Below, piece by piece: positions 17,365 through 28,460 of a stretch of DNA of 32,000 bases. The translations under genes were made by a program, and so were the position numbers. The stretch covers positions 1,260,001 through 1,292,000 of the forward strand of contig NC_017039.1 in assembly GCF_000284455.1 (NCBI RefSeq), in the 5' to 3' direction. The notes under the pieces are model-generated. The model searched no databases. It was not told the DNA's origin and worked only from the letters and a program-made list of their open reading frames with translations. Within the stretch, counting starts at the first letter, position 1. Every line of letters begins with the position of its first letter. Origin of the DNA: Synechocystis sp. PCC 6803 substr. PCC-P. Its GTDB lineage: Bacteria; Cyanobacteriota; Cyanobacteriia; Cyanobacteriales; Microcystaceae.

Positions 17365-19614
17365 GTGCCCCGTCGCCCATTGTCAGACTTTCCATTGATG
17401 CTGATCTACTTACCCAAGTCCTTACGCCGGAGGCTGGTCACCGCTTTGCCTTCTTTGGCATTGGCGATCGCCCTGGGCCTATGCACTGCCTTAGCCTACG
17501 GAATGTTGGGCCGTGGACAACAATGGCTTAGTTTGGGGTTGGGGCAGGGTATGGCGCTGGCGCTGTGGTGGCAGGGAACGAACATTATCGCCCTTGCTCT
17601 GGGTTTAACCATTGCCCCCATGGTAGTGCAGGGAGATCCACCTCTGGCATTGGCCCTAGGGATGATTAGCACGGCGGTGGTGCTGATGGCCGGTCGGGGA
17701 CTAAAAATGCTGGAGTTTTCTCCCCAGGGTCAACGACTCCAAGATGGCATGGTCTTTTTGCTGGCGGGGGTGGGGCTGGGGGCCACTCTGACGGCGATCG
17801 CCGCGCTTTTGCTATCTCTCTGGCAGGGGGATGGTCGTATTTGGTGGACAGGATCTTTGGCCTGGTTGGGCAGTGCCACCGGAATTTTGCTGGCCGCTCC
17901 TCTGCTGTTCAAGCTTAGATATGGCCGCTGGAGTTGGCCCTGGTCAGCCCGGATGGAGCGACTCCAATTGGTGGAAGCCTTAGTTTGCGCTGGCCTTTTG
18001 TTGATGTTAGCCTGGCTAATTTTTGCTGGGGATGACCTCATTCCCTTGGCGGACCGGGGAGCTATCTATACCCAGTGGTTGGAATATTTACCCTTTCCCA
18101 TTGTGGTTTGGGCCAGCATTCGTTTTCCAATCTGGGGGGGAATCCTCTCCACTTCAGGTTTGGCTCTCCTGGCGATCACCGCTACGGTGCAGGGCAATGG
18201 CTCTTTTAACGTGCAAAGTGCCGACCAAAGCGGAGCAATGATTCTCCTGCAGATGTTCTTTTTGGTTTTAGGCACCACCAGTCTATTGCTATCGGTGGCG
18301 GTGAGGGAAAGACGTCGCACCGAAGAACAATTGCGGGGCAGTTGGGAACGGGAACGGCTTTTGGCGGAGGTGGCCCTACGGGTGCGGCAATCGCTACATT
18401 TGGGCACCATTTTTCAAACTACGGTGACGGAGGTACGCCATTTGCTCCAGACCGACCGGGTTTATATCGCTCTTTTGCAGGGGAATAGTCCGTTGGCAGT
18501 GGTGGCCGAATCCTGTGGTCCCGCTTACAAAACTTCTCTCAACTCCCAGATTGCGGCTTCCCCAAACCCCGAGGAAATGATCGTTAAAACCATTCCCACC
18601 GAAGCAATGGTGGTCCATCATCCTGACCAATTGCCCAAGGGAGACCCACTGCGGCGGAGTTTTTTACGTTATCAGGTGAAAAGCTTGCTGGCCATTCCCC
18701 TCGCTACGTTGGACGGCAGGTTGGGTATGATTGTGGTCCATCATTGTCAACAGCCCCGCCATTGGCAAAAGGCCGAGGTGCGCTTACTGGAACAATTGGC
18801 CACCCAAGTGGCGATCGCCATTCAACAGGCCCAGCTTTACCAACGGGTGCAAACGCTGAATACCAATTTGGAAAAGCAAGTGGGGGAACGCACCGCCCAG
18901 CTAGAGGACAAAATGGTGGAACTCCAGGATCTCCAGCAGATGAAAGCTCTCTTTGTCCAAGCCATTTCCCACGATTTGCGTACTTCGGTGATGGGTTTAT
19001 TGATGGTGCTAAAAAATTTATCAACCACAGAGGGGGAAGCCTTGACCCTGCCCCGCCATCTCCTAGACAGCCTGATCCGCAGTGGCGATCGCCAGTTAAC
19101 CCTTCTCAATGCCCTCTGTGAAGAACAAACCGCCGAATGTCGTCCCCTCCAACTTGCGCCCCAAGCCTTGCCGCTCCAGCCTTTTTTGCAACAAATTTGT
19201 CACCAATGGCGATCGGCCTGTGAACAACATCAGGTAGTTTTGAACTTGAAATGTGATGAGACCCTGTCTCCTCTCCAGGGAGACCCCCACTACATCAAGC
19301 AGGTATTCGACAACCTTTTGGGCAACGCCCTCAACCACAATCCCCCTGGTATTACCCTCACTCTGGCGGCCCAACTCGAAGGTAATATGGTGCGTTTTAC
19401 CCTCAGCGACAACGGTAAAGGCATGGCCAAGGACCAATGTGAGCACCTTTTCCGGCTCTATTTACGCAACCGCCACAATCAACGGCTAACCGGCATTGGT
19501 TTGGGTTGTTATCAGTCCCGGCAAATTGTTGAAGCCCACGGTGGCCACATCGGCGTTACCAGCAGTCCGGGGCAAGGATCCCATTTTTGGTTTACCCTCC
19601 CGTTAGCTGTTTAG
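17365..19614 (+). CDS. Sensor histidine kinase, MASE1-like membrane region, GAF domain, HisKA and HATPase (probably Hik16)
   Basis: Multiple N-terminal TM segments, GAF region 'LLQTDRVYIALLQ..SPLAVVAES', H-box 'FVQAISHDLRTSVMG', N-box 'LLGNALNHNP', G-box 'FTLSDNGKGMA'. Start could instead be the internal ATG at 17398. Confidence 0.9.
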   Translation: MPRRPLSDFPLMLIYLPKSLRRRLVTALPSLALAIALGLCTALAYGMLGRGQQWLSLGLGQGMALALWWQGTNIIALALGLTIAPMVVQGDPPLALALGMISTAVVLMAGRGLKMLEFSPQGQRLQDGMVFLLAGVGLGATLTAIAALLLSLWQGDGRIWWTGSLAWLGSATGILLAAPLLFKLRYGRWSWPWSARMERLQLVEALVCAGLLLMLAWLIFAGDDLIPLADRGAIYTQWLEYLPFPIVVWASIRFPIWGGILSTSGLALLAITATVQGNGSFNVQSADQSGAMILLQMFFLVLGTTSLLLSVAVRERRRTEEQLRGSWERERLLAEVALRVRQSLHLGTIFQTTVTEVRHLLQTDRVYIALLQGNSPLAVVAESCGPAYKTSLNSQIAASPNPEEMIVKTIPTEAMVVHHPDQLPKGDPLRRSFLRYQVKSLLAIPLATLDGRLGMIVVHHCQQPRHWQKAEVRLLEQLATQVAIAIQQAQLYQRVQTLNTNLEKQVGERTAQLEDKMVELQDLQQMKALFVQAISHDLRTSVMGLLMVLKNLSTTEGEALTLPRHLLDSLIRSGDRQLTLLNALCEEQTAECRPLQLAPQALPLQPFLQQICHQWRSACEQHQVVLNLKCDETLSPLQGDPHYIKQVFDNLLGNALNHNPPGITLTLAAQLEGNMVRFTLSDNGKGMAKDQCEHLFRLYLRNRHNQRLTGIGLGCYQSRQIVEAHGGHIGVTSSPGQGSHFWFTLPLAV

Positions 19615-19638
19615 TTATTTGGATCTTTTACTGACAAA

Positions 19639-20409
19639 TTACCACGGCAAAATTGTGCCATCCCAACTATAGAAAGTGCCGCTGTTTTCCGGTTTTACTT
19701 GCAATAAAATCGCCATTAATTGCTTAACAGTAAGTTCCACTGTGAAAAGCTTTTCTGGGGGGACATTTTTCTGAAATGGTTGGGACAATGACGTATCAGT
19801 GGTGCCGGGGTGGAGCAAAATTACCGCACATTGGGGCGCAACTCTGCGATATTCGATCGCCGTATTTTTGAGCAACATATTCAGCGCCGCCTTAGAAGCT
19901 CGATAACCGTACCATCCTCCCAACTGGTTATCCCCAATACTGCCCACTTTAGCGGAAATGGTGGCAAAAACACTGGGGGAAGCATGGCGCAAATGGGGTA
20001 AAAAATGTTTGGCTAACAACACTGGGCCAATGCTGTTAACGGCAAAATATTGCTGTAATTGGGATGGTTGTAAATGGCGCAGACTTTTTTCCGGTGGGTT
20101 ATCTTCTACATGGAGAATGCCCACACAATTAATTAGCCAATTGACTTCAGTTTTGCCTAATTGCTGGCTAAATTGTGCAATCTGGCTCTCTTCAGTGATA
20201 TCCAACGGCACTAGGGTTAAACGATCAGGATTTTCCTTGGCTAAATGGTCTAACTCGGCGATCGCCTGACGGTAGGTGGCCCAAATTTTGACGGGGAAAG
20301 GTACTTGTTCTAAAAAGTAACGGACAAAGCCTAAACCAATGCCCCCGGATGCCCCCACTATGACCACCGTTTGGGGATGATTTTGGGCTGGAAAATTCTG
20401 ATTTGCCAT
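19639..20409 (-). CDS. C-factor-like short-chain dehydrogenase
   Basis: 'TVVIVGASGGIGLGFVRYFLEQ', 'INCVGILH', 'FATISAKVGSIGDNQLGGWYGYRASKAALNMLLK' (YxxxK). Likely start ATG at 20409. Confidence 0.9.
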   Translation of the reverse strand: MANQNFPAQNHPQTVVIVGASGGIGLGFVRYFLEQVPFPVKIWATYRQAIAELDHLAKENPDRLTLVPLDITEESQIAQFSQQLGKTEVNWLINCVGILHVEDNPPEKSLRHLQPSQLQQYFAVNSIGPVLLAKHFLPHLRHASPSVFATISAKVGSIGDNQLGGWYGYRASKAALNMLLKNTAIEYRRVAPQCAVILLHPGTTDTSLSQPFQKNVPPEKLFTVELTVKQLMAILLQVKPENSGTFYSWDGTILPW

Positions 20410-20432
20410 GGTTTTAGCCCACAAAAAAATGG

Positions 20433-22265
20433 TTAAGGATTAAGAAAATGCCAGGAAAAGGGCAAGCGGGCGTAAATGCCTTGGGGATCATTAAATTGGG
20501 CCAACTCTGCCCATTCCCGCTCCAACTGTTGCCAATTAGTTCGCAAAAATGGCGGTAGAACCACGGAGTTAGTTTCAGTGAGACCATGGATGAGATTGTT
20601 CCAGAGGAGGGAATTTAATCCCCTGGGAGTGGGGTATTCCTTTACCTGCCATTGCTCCCCTAATTCTGCTTGGGCCGCTGCTAGGTTCACAGCCGTTTGC
20701 AATCCCCCCAGTTGATCTACTAGCCCCACTTTTTGTGCTGCCAATCCTGTCCAAACCCTGCCCTGGGCCACGGAGTCCAAAGCGGTAGGAGATAAATTGC
20801 GGGCCCTACCCACCTTATCTAAAAAGATCTCGTAAACCTGATCCACCGACCGTTGAAAAATGGCCAACTCCAACTCAGTTTTAGGTTTAATGCTGGAGCC
20901 CACATTGGCTAGTTCCCCCGTGGCCACTTCGTCCCAGTTTAACCCCAGGCGATCGCCTAAATTTTCCACGTTGAAAAGAATGCTAAAAACCCCAATGGAA
21001 CCGGTGACGGTGTTGGGTTGGGCAACAATTTTTTCCCCAGCGGTGGCAATCCAATAACCACCAGAAGCTGCCACATTGCCCATGGAAATAATCACTGGTT
21101 TTTGAGCCTGTAAAAGTTCCACTTCCCGCCAGATAATATCCGCCGCACTAGCACTGCCACCGGGACTATTAATTCTCAGCACCACCGCTTTAATGTCGTC
21201 ATCCTGGCGAATAGTTCGCAATAGTTCCCCATAACGATCGCCACCAATGTTTTCCCAGGTGCCCCGACCATTAACAATGGAGCCTTCGAGGTAAACAATG
21301 GCGATTTTAGGGTCTTGGTCGTGGTTTTCGGTTTCCCAGTTTTGTAGGCGATGGTACTCGGCCAAACTAATTTTTCTAAACTCTTTATCTTCCTCCTGCT
21401 CTTCTATTTTCTCGGGGTCATTAATCCAAACTCCCGCCTGTTTCAACTCGGCCAAAACTTCATCCCAATAGGTCACCTTGTCTACTAATTTTTCCCTTAG
21501 GGCGATGTCAGCAAAGAGCAGCCCTTGGTCACTGGCGATCGCCTGGAGTTGGGGCACCGTTAAGGAACGATTATTAGCAACACTGGTTAAATAAATTTGC
21601 CAAATTTGATTTAGCAAAAGCTGTTGTTGTTGGCGATTTTCTGGGCTGAGATTTTCCCTGGTATAGGGTTCAACGGCTCCCTTGTAACTGCCTACCCGTA
21701 GGGTCTGCACCCCAATGCCAGCCTTGGCCAACGCCCCGGTAAAAAAGATTGGCTGGGCCCCTAGTCCATTTATTTCCACTCCCCCCATGGGGTTAATTAA
21801 AATGGTATCGGCAGTGGCAGCTAAATAGTAGCCTAGTTCGCTGTAGTTGAGACCATAGGCAACAATTTTTTTGCCCGATTGTTTGAATTTAATTAGGGCC
21901 TGTTGCACTTCACTTAAATTGGCGTAACCGTCCACTTGGTTACTGCGGCGACCATCAATTAATAGGGCCACAATGCGGTCATCTTCGGCGGCCTTTTCAA
22001 TGGCATTAACCACCGTCCGCAGGGGTAATATTTCTTCCTGATTACCCAGTAAACTCTGTTGTAGACTGAGAGTAGGGCTGGTATCTTGGATGGGGATCGC
22101 TAGGTCGAGAATGAGGGCTGTTTTTTCCTCTAGCACTGGATCTGCCTCAGCCGAAACCAGTATGAACAGCAACACCAAGCCAGTGGCCCCAAGGCTAAGC
22201 AAAACCACAATGGCGGCCAATGTTCCGAAGAAACTAGCCACCATTTGTTGGAAAAAGTTCTTCAT
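20433..22265 (-). CDS. sppA: Signal peptide peptidase SppA (protease IV), 67K type
   Basis: 610 aa: '[43 protein letters not shown]', '[20 protein letters not shown]', '[35 protein letters not shown]'. Confidence 0.95.
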
Positions 22266-22774
22266 GCGGCCTGGTTGCGCTCTAATTCCCGGAGGGCTTT
22301 GCGGTCAAGTTTAATCTCAATCTGATCGTTTTCTTTGGTGCCCAGGGTGCGGTAAGCAGAGCCTAAATAGAGGGGTTTAGTTAGGCCAGGCTGGGGATGA
22401 ATCAGGGTTCGGGCCCGGATCACCATTTGTTCTTTGCCGTCGGTGGAAATGCGGCCCAGGGAAAAGTAATTATTGGCGGCCTGTTTGAGGGTGGCTTCCA
22501 CTTCCGTAGCGGACACTGTCACCGGCACACTGATGACAATTTGGTTAGCACCATTGTCGTACACCCGATTGAACTTCACTGAGCCTTCCACCGTGGGGCG
22601 GTCGAACATGCCCAAACCCAGGCCAAAAATGCCTATCGTTAAAACTGTCATAAAGCTCGTCACCCCCACCAGGCGAAAGCGGAACCCCCAACGAAAAACA
22701 AAGGCCAGTACCATAAAGATAAAACTGGCGATGGTAGCGTAGGCGGACCAACGGAGATAAATGGTAACGTCCAT
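22262..22774 (-). CDS. ycf51: Ycf51-family membrane protein
   Basis: 170 aa, two TM segments, Ycf51-like '[35 protein letters not shown]'. Overlaps the sppA start (ATGA, 22262-22265). Confidence 0.75.
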
Positions 22775-22812
22775 AGGTAGGGAGAGAATTACGTCAACAA
22801 ATCTAACAGAAA

Positions 22813-23598
22813 ATGCAGTTAGTTAATCTTCATCCCCCCGATCGCCGCAGGGCAAGTCTGCTTTATTTGCCGGGGTTGGATGGTACGGGCAAATTATTTT
22901 ATCGGCAACGACTGGAGTTGGTTGAGCACTTTAACCTACTGGCTCTGCGCCTAACTCCGGGGCCCCTTCCGGATGATTGGTCGGCGATCGCCAAGGCCCT
23001 GCACCAATTAATTCACCAACAGCAGGGATTAACATTACCCCTGTACCTCTGTGGGGAATCCTTCGGGGGATGCCTAGCCCTGGCTTATAGTTGTCTGTAC
23101 CCCCAGGAGGTAGCCAAATTAATTTTGGTTAATCCCGCCACTGCCTTTGACCGTCGCCCTTGGTTACAGTGGGGCATTCCCTTCCATCAGTGGTTACCCA
23201 ATGCCCTACAAACGGTCACTACCCTCACCGGACTGCCCTTTTTAGCCGCTGTAGAACGGTTACAGCCCCAGGATCGACGTCAGTTGCTCAATGCCATGCG
23301 CTCCATTCCCCCGGCGATCGTGGCCCAACGGTTAGCCCTATTGCAAAATTTCAACCAACAGGAATTAGATTTGGGAAAAATCAGCTCCCCCAGTTTAATT
23401 CTGGCCAGTGGTCGGGATTTACTACTGCCTTCCGTGGAAGAAGCCCATAAGTTGCAGAGGCATCTTCCCAAAGCCATGGTGAAAATATTGCCCCACAGCG
23501 GCCACGCCTGTTTGCTAGAAAAAGAATTATCCCTACAAAAGATTTTGCAAGCCGCCCAATGGTTACCGGAGCTAGTTTTGCTTAACAAAAATTCATGA
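22813..23598 (+). CDS. Alpha/beta hydrolase
   Basis: 261 aa: '[17 protein letters not shown]', nucleophile elbow '[12 protein letters not shown]', '[22 protein letters not shown]', 'SGHACLLE'. Confidence 0.85.
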
Positions 23599-23731
23599 GC
23601 CCCGGCGGGATGGACCCTTGATTGTGGTCTGCCATTCGGACTACATTGCAAAGATTAGAGAAACTTGTTTAACAAAAAACGTCGTAATTTCTGCGACCAC
23701 CACCTTATTAGAGAATCCTTTAGGAGAACCC

Positions 23732-25015
23732 ATGAATATTGCCGTTGTGGGACTGAGCCATAAGACAGCCCCGGTGGAAATTCGCGAAAAACTCAGCATC
23801 CAAGAAGCTAAGTTGGAAGAAGCGCTAACCCATCTGCGGAGTTATCCCCACATCGAAGAAGTCACTGTCATTAGTACTTGTAACCGCCTGGAAATTTACG
23901 CGGTGGTGACGGACACAGAAAAGGGAGTGGTGGAAATTACCCAATTCCTTTCTGAAACTGGCAATATTCCCCTGGCAACCCTACGGCGTTATTTGTTTAC
24001 CCTCCTCCACGAAGATGCGGTGCGCCATTTGATGCGGGTGGCCGCTGGGCTGGAAAGTTTGGTGCTCGGAGAAGGACAAATCCTGGCTCAGGTGCGTACT
24101 ACCCATAAGTTGGGGCAAAAATATAAAGGGGTGGGTCGTCTGCTCGATCGCCTATTTAAACAGGCCATTACCGCCGGTCGTCGGGTCAGAACCGAAACGG
24201 ATATTGGTACAGGAGCCGTGTCCATCAGTTCCGCCGCTGTGGAGTTAGTCCATCGTCAAGTGGATTTATCGAGCCAAAAAACTGTCATCATCGGGGCTGG
24301 TAAAATGGCCTGTCTGTTGGTGAAACATCTATTAGCTAAAGGAGCCACGGACATCACCATTGTTAACCGCTCCCAACGTCGTTCCCAGGATTTAGCCAAC
24401 CAATTCCCCCAAGCCCAGTTAACCCTTTGTCCCCTGACGGATATGTTTACGGCGATCGCCGCTGGGGATATTGTCTTTACCAGCACTGGGGCCACGGAAC
24501 CAATTTTAAACTGCGAGAATTTGACTGGCTGTGTGATCAACCGCAAAAGCTTGATGTTAGTGGATATTTCCGTCCCCCGGAACGTGGCCGCTGATGTCCA
24601 CGCTATGGAACAGGTGCGGGCTTTTAATGTGGATGACCTGAAAGAAGTAGTCGCCCAAAACCAAGCCAGCCGCCGACAAATGGCACGCCAAGCTGAAGCA
24701 TTACTCGAAGAAGAAATTGCCGCCTTTGACCTCTGGTGGCGATCGCTAGAAACGGTACCCACCATCAGTTCCCTCCGCAGTAAGGTGGAAGATATCCGGG
24801 AACAGGAATTGGAAAAAGCCCTTTCCCGCCTGGGCAGCGAGTTTGCCGAAAAACATCAAGAAGTAATCGAAGCCCTCACCAGGGGCATTGTCAACAAAAT
24901 TCTCCACGAACCCATGGTGCAACTGCGGGCCCAGCAGGATATCGAAGCCCGTAAGCAATGCCTACGCTCCCTGAAGATGCTGTTTGACTTGGAAGTGGAA
25001 GAACAATTCGGTTAG
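23732..25015 (+). CDS. hemA: Glutamyl-tRNA reductase
   Basis: From ATG 23732: '[21 protein letters not shown]', '[13 protein letters not shown]', '[31 protein letters not shown]'-type region, '[14 protein letters not shown]'. Confidence 0.97.
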   Translation: MNIAVVGLSHKTAPVEIREKLSIQEAKLEEALTHLRSYPHIEEVTVISTCNRLEIYAVVTDTEKGVVEITQFLSETGNIPLATLRRYLFTLLHEDAVRHLMRVAAGLESLVLGEGQILAQVRTTHKLGQKYKGVGRLLDRLFKQAITAGRRVRTETDIGTGAVSISSAAVELVHRQVDLSSQKTVIIGAGKMACLLVKHLLAKGATDITIVNRSQRRSQDLANQFPQAQLTLCPLTDMFTAIAAGDIVFTSTGATEPILNCENLTGCVINRKSLMLVDISVPRNVAADVHAMEQVRAFNVDDLKEVVAQNQASRRQMARQAEALLEEEIAAFDLWWRSLETVPTISSLRSKVEDIREQELEKALSRLGSEFAEKHQEVIEALTRGIVNKILHEPMVQLRAQQDIEARKQCLRSLKMLFDLEVEEQFG

Positions 25016-25176
25016 AACTTGTTAATGAATTTCAGCTAACTGTCAATAAATGTCCCAAAACTGGCTCTGTGTTCCCCATGGAGTCGTTTTTCCCTTTGGT
25101 GCCCCTGGCAAAAGCCCCGCCAGATTCCTAAGCTAGAATTGTCGAGAAAGACATTAGCGCCGAGGACAACTAGGCC

Positions 25177-25974
25177 ATGGCATTGGTCCACAGCGGAGTA
25201 ATCGAAAACTACATCCAACGGGTGACTGAGTTAAGCCAATCCACCCAGCGCATTCCCACCACCGCTGAATTGGAGGCGATCGCCAGCGAGTTGGGCATTG
25301 AACCGGAGGAAATCCAAGCGGCCCAAAAACAAGCCGCTGACCATTTCACCCGGGCCCAGGGTTATATGCGTTTGGGCTACTGGGACGATGCCATTGCCGA
25401 ATTAGATGACGCCATTGCCTTTAATCCTGGGGAATCAAAGTTTTTACTCTCTTCCGCTGAAGCCTACCTGGGGAAATGGAAACAGCACCACCGTGCCCCC
25501 GATGCTGACCAAATGCATTTGCGGGTGCGTCAGTGTTTATCGTTGGAACCCGGCTGTGAAGGGGCGTTGGATTTATTGGCGGAATTTCGGCGGCGGCAAA
25601 AGCGCTATTTCCGCACCATCGTGGGCAGTTTGATGTTTGCGGGGGCGATCCTCTGTGGTGGTGGCATTTATCTTTTATCCCAGGGCGGCTTACCGTTTGT
25701 GATTGAAGAAAAAGCCCGCTTGGAAAATTTGCAAAGCACCATTGAAGCCCAAAATGACACCATTGCCCAATTAATGGGCGAACAGGAAGCCCTGCGGCGG
25801 GAGTTCGATACATTGATTAGTCAACAACTCCAGGAAAACCGTCTCAATGGCGATCGCCTGGAAAATTTACAGGCCCGCTTAAAAGCACTGGAGGAGAAAA
25901 TCAAGGAATATCAAACGCCATCAATGGGAACGCCAACTCCTACTCCCCCCCAGTCCCAGGAAAATGACGATTAG
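25177..25974 (+). CDS. TPR-containing single-TM protein with coiled coil
   Basis: 'AADHFTRAQGYMRLGYWDDAIAELDDAIAFNPG' TPR unit, TM 'IVGSLMFAGAILCGGGIYLL', then a heptad-rich region. Confidence 0.7.
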   Translation: MALVHSGVIENYIQRVTELSQSTQRIPTTAELEAIASELGIEPEEIQAAQKQAADHFTRAQGYMRLGYWDDAIAELDDAIAFNPGESKFLLSSAEAYLGKWKQHHRAPDADQMHLRVRQCLSLEPGCEGALDLLAEFRRRQKRYFRTIVGSLMFAGAILCGGGIYLLSQGGLPFVIEEKARLENLQSTIEAQNDTIAQLMGEQEALRREFDTLISQQLQENRLNGDRLENLQARLKALEEKIKEYQTPSMGTPTPTPPQSQENDD

Positions 25975-27811
25975 CTTGGGATGATGGCGGTGGTGGTGGA
26001 TTATCGCAAAAACTGATGGAAGGCAAATTCCAGAACGCTCCCCCTAGGGCAGAATATTCAATGCCACAGAAGCGGTTCCGCACTGCTGAAAGGGAATAGG
26101 GACTTACCAAGTAGATAAAGGGCAAATATTCCTGCACTTCCAGTTGCATTTGGTCGTAAACTAGGCTCCGTTCCTGCTGGGGAATAATTTGGGAACCTTT
26201 AAGAGCTAAATCGGCAATGTTCTGCTCCCAGGGGGCCACTGTTTGTCCCTCTAAAGGTTGGGCTCCGGCCTGGGGATGCTGATTAAACATGTGTAAATTG
26301 CCCTTAACATACCAAACATTAGGTATATGGGGATCGTTGCCGCCGGTTAGGCCCAAAACCACCGCATCCCATTCCAAACTGTTGCTTAATTTGTCCACCA
26401 ACACGCCAAAACTAATGGGGCTAAAGTCCACTTGAATGCCAAGTTTTCCCAAATCTTCTTGAATTTGGGTCCCCATGGCTTCCCGCACTTTATTGCCAGC
26501 ATTGGTATTAAGCACAAAGCGGACACGGTTACCCCGATCATCCAATAATTGCCGTTGATTGTTGTAGGTAAAGCCCCCGGCTTTCAGTAATGCTTGCGCT
26601 TTTTCTGGGTCATAGTTATAGACTTTGACATCGGGATTAAAAAAGGGAGATTGCACAGGAATAAAGGAATTTTGTTTTTCCCCCAACCCTCGGTAAATGT
26701 TATTAACCATTCTTTCCCGGTCAATGCCATAGGCGATCGCCTGACGAAAATTGAGATTATTAAACCACCGGGATTTAATCGGATCCACTAGGGGTTTACC
26801 CTGGCGCTTACCTTGGTTGAGATTAAAGGTTAAATAGCTACTGGCGTAGGTGGGACCGCCGTTATAGATGACAAAATTACCCCTTTCTTCTTCCTGTTTG
26901 AGCAGAGAAAAGGATTCTGGTGGCACTCCGAGGGAATCCAAACTGCCAGAACGAAATTGCAACAAAGATGTGTCAGTGCTTTCCACAATGGCCCACACCA
27001 CCCTGGGGATGTAGGGTAAAGACTCACCGTTGGGGCCCTTTTCCCAGTAATAGGGATTTTTACTAAAAATTACCCGTTGGCTGGTAACGTAGCGGGTTAA
27101 TTTATAGGGACCATTGACCACAATTTGGTCCGGGGGGGTATTGGTGCCCCAGGTACTCAAAAATAACGGATTACCATTTTCATCGGTTTTTTCCACTGTT
27201 TCCCGCAGAATATGGGCTGGCAAAATGGGAAATTGGGCTGTTTCTAAAAAGGGAGCAAAGGGTTCGGGAATATTAAATGCCACCTGGCGATCGCCAACTT
27301 TGGTAATCTTCGGTTCTGCTTGACTTTCTCCTACCTTTAAACTGTCCCGATAATTGTTAGGAATTTTAGGGTTTAAATAAAGATCATTATAGGAAAATAG
27401 TACATCATCTACGGTAAGGGGTTTGCCGTCAGACCAACGCAGACCTTCCTTGAGGGTAAAGGTAATGGTCAAATTGTCCGGTGATATTTCCCAACTTTCC
27501 GCCAAGGCTGGCGTTCTTTCCCCGGTGAGAGGATTTTCCCTAATTAGCCCTTCGTAGATATAACCAAAAACATTGGGGGACTCTTGGGACAGAACCGCAT
27601 TGAAAGTTTTGGGGTCACTGAGCACGGAAAAAACCACCTGGTCTTTCAGTTCCGGGGAAAAACAACCTCCCAATGAAAACGTCAGGGCAAGGCAACACAA
27701 TAAAGCACTGATTAATTTTTGCCCCCAACTTCGACCGGATAGGTAATTTTGCTGGCCTGGATTTTTTTCCCTGGCGATCGCCGTTTTTCTTTGTCCCGCC
27801 ACCCTACTCAT
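25940..27811 (-). CDS. ABC transporter family-5 (oligopeptide/dipeptide) solute-binding lipoprotein
   Basis: Lipobox 'LTFSLGGC', 'LIRENPLTGERTPALAESWEISPDNLTITFTLKEGLRWSDGKPLTVDDVLFSY', 'RQAIAYGIDRERMVNNIYRG'. Likely start ATG at 27811. Confidence 0.93.
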   Translation of the reverse strand: MSRVAGQRKTAIAREKNPGQQNYLSGRSWGQKLISALLCCLALTFSLGGCFSPELKDQVVFSVLSDPKTFNAVLSQESPNVFGYIYEGLIRENPLTGERTPALAESWEISPDNLTITFTLKEGLRWSDGKPLTVDDVLFSYNDLYLNPKIPNNYRDSLKVGESQAEPKITKVGDRQVAFNIPEPFAPFLETAQFPILPAHILRETVEKTDENGNPLFLSTWGTNTPPDQIVVNGPYKLTRYVTSQRVIFSKNPYYWEKGPNGESLPYIPRVVWAIVESTDTSLLQFRSGSLDSLGVPPESFSLLKQEEERGNFVIYNGGPTYASSYLTFNLNQGKRQGKPLVDPIKSRWFNNLNFRQAIAYGIDRERMVNNIYRGLGEKQNSFIPVQSPFFNPDVKVYNYDPEKAQALLKAGGFTYNNQRQLLDDRGNRVRFVLNTNAGNKVREAMGTQIQEDLGKLGIQVDFSPISFGVLVDKLSNSLEWDAVVLGLTGGNDPHIPNVWYVKGNLHMFNQHPQAGAQPLEGQTVAPWEQNIADLALKGSQIIPQQERSLVYDQMQLEVQEYLPFIYLVSPYSLSAVRNRFCGIEYSALGGAFWNLPSISFCDNPPPPPSSQANRHFPGTGGE

Positions 27812-28184
27812 TGCTACTTTGTTTCCCCAACGCATAAACTGCCCCTGTGAACACCGTCAATATGGCCAAGCTAATGGACCAACTTCCTCCCAATCCCCAT
27901 TTCACCCCCCAATTACAGAGGGCCCCCAGGAGAAGAAACGGCAAAATACTCATTACTGAAGCATAGAAAGCATTCTGGGCTTCCCGAGCTTCCTTGGTGC
28001 GCTCATATTCCTCCACGGAAGTGTAGAGGGAACGTTCCGCAAAATTAAACCACCGTTGCAACTGTTCGATCAGCCAATTGCGCCCACTGCCCCAGGTTAG
28101 GTACAGCCCCAATGCCCAAAGGGTAGCACCAGCAATCATCGCCGTATTAATGGGAATTTCGAAAGGAATCCAGTCCATGAGCAT
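27804..28184 (-). CDS. Small membrane protein of unknown function
   Basis: 126 aa, N- and C-terminal TM segments. Stop overlaps the downstream lipoprotein start by 8 nt (ATGAGTAG). Confidence 0.7.
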   Translation of the reverse strand: MLMDWIPFEIPINTAMIAGATLWALGLYLTWGSGRNWLIEQLQRWFNFAERSLYTSVEEYERTKEAREAQNAFYASVMSILPFLLLGALCNWGVKWGLGGSWSISLAILTVFTGAVYALGKQSSNE

Positions 28185-28422
28185 GGGGAGCGCTATTTGA
28201 AGTTTTTAGAATCTTAACAAAACCCCTGCCCCCACCACGGCGATCGCCCCTGGTAACCAATTACAGAAAGTTCAAATTCGTCCCAAATCGAGCAGTGCAT
28301 GGCAGCTTCTAAAGGACTAATAAACTCTAAAAAGAAAGCCGCCACTGAAGCAATGGGCGACCTCTAGCAATCGGAGGGTGATATTGACTTTATGTCTTAT
28401 CTTCAGGTTAAGGCCGGATCGG

Positions 28423-28440
28423 TAGGCTTTATGTAGCCTA
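28423..28440 (-). terminator. Possible hairpin terminator downstream of the DUF362 gene
   Basis: TAGGCT-TTATGT-AGCCTA, 6-bp perfect stem about 20 nt past the stop of 28461..29426. No strong U-tract on the minus strand, so weak. Confidence 0.3.
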
Positions 28441-28460
28441 TTTGACGAAAGTTCCCGTAA

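Noticed and set aside
18704-19121. ORFs on both strands overlapping the histidine kinase
   Set aside because: Pro/Gly/Arg-rich translations with no family signature inside the coding region of a clear HisKA domain.
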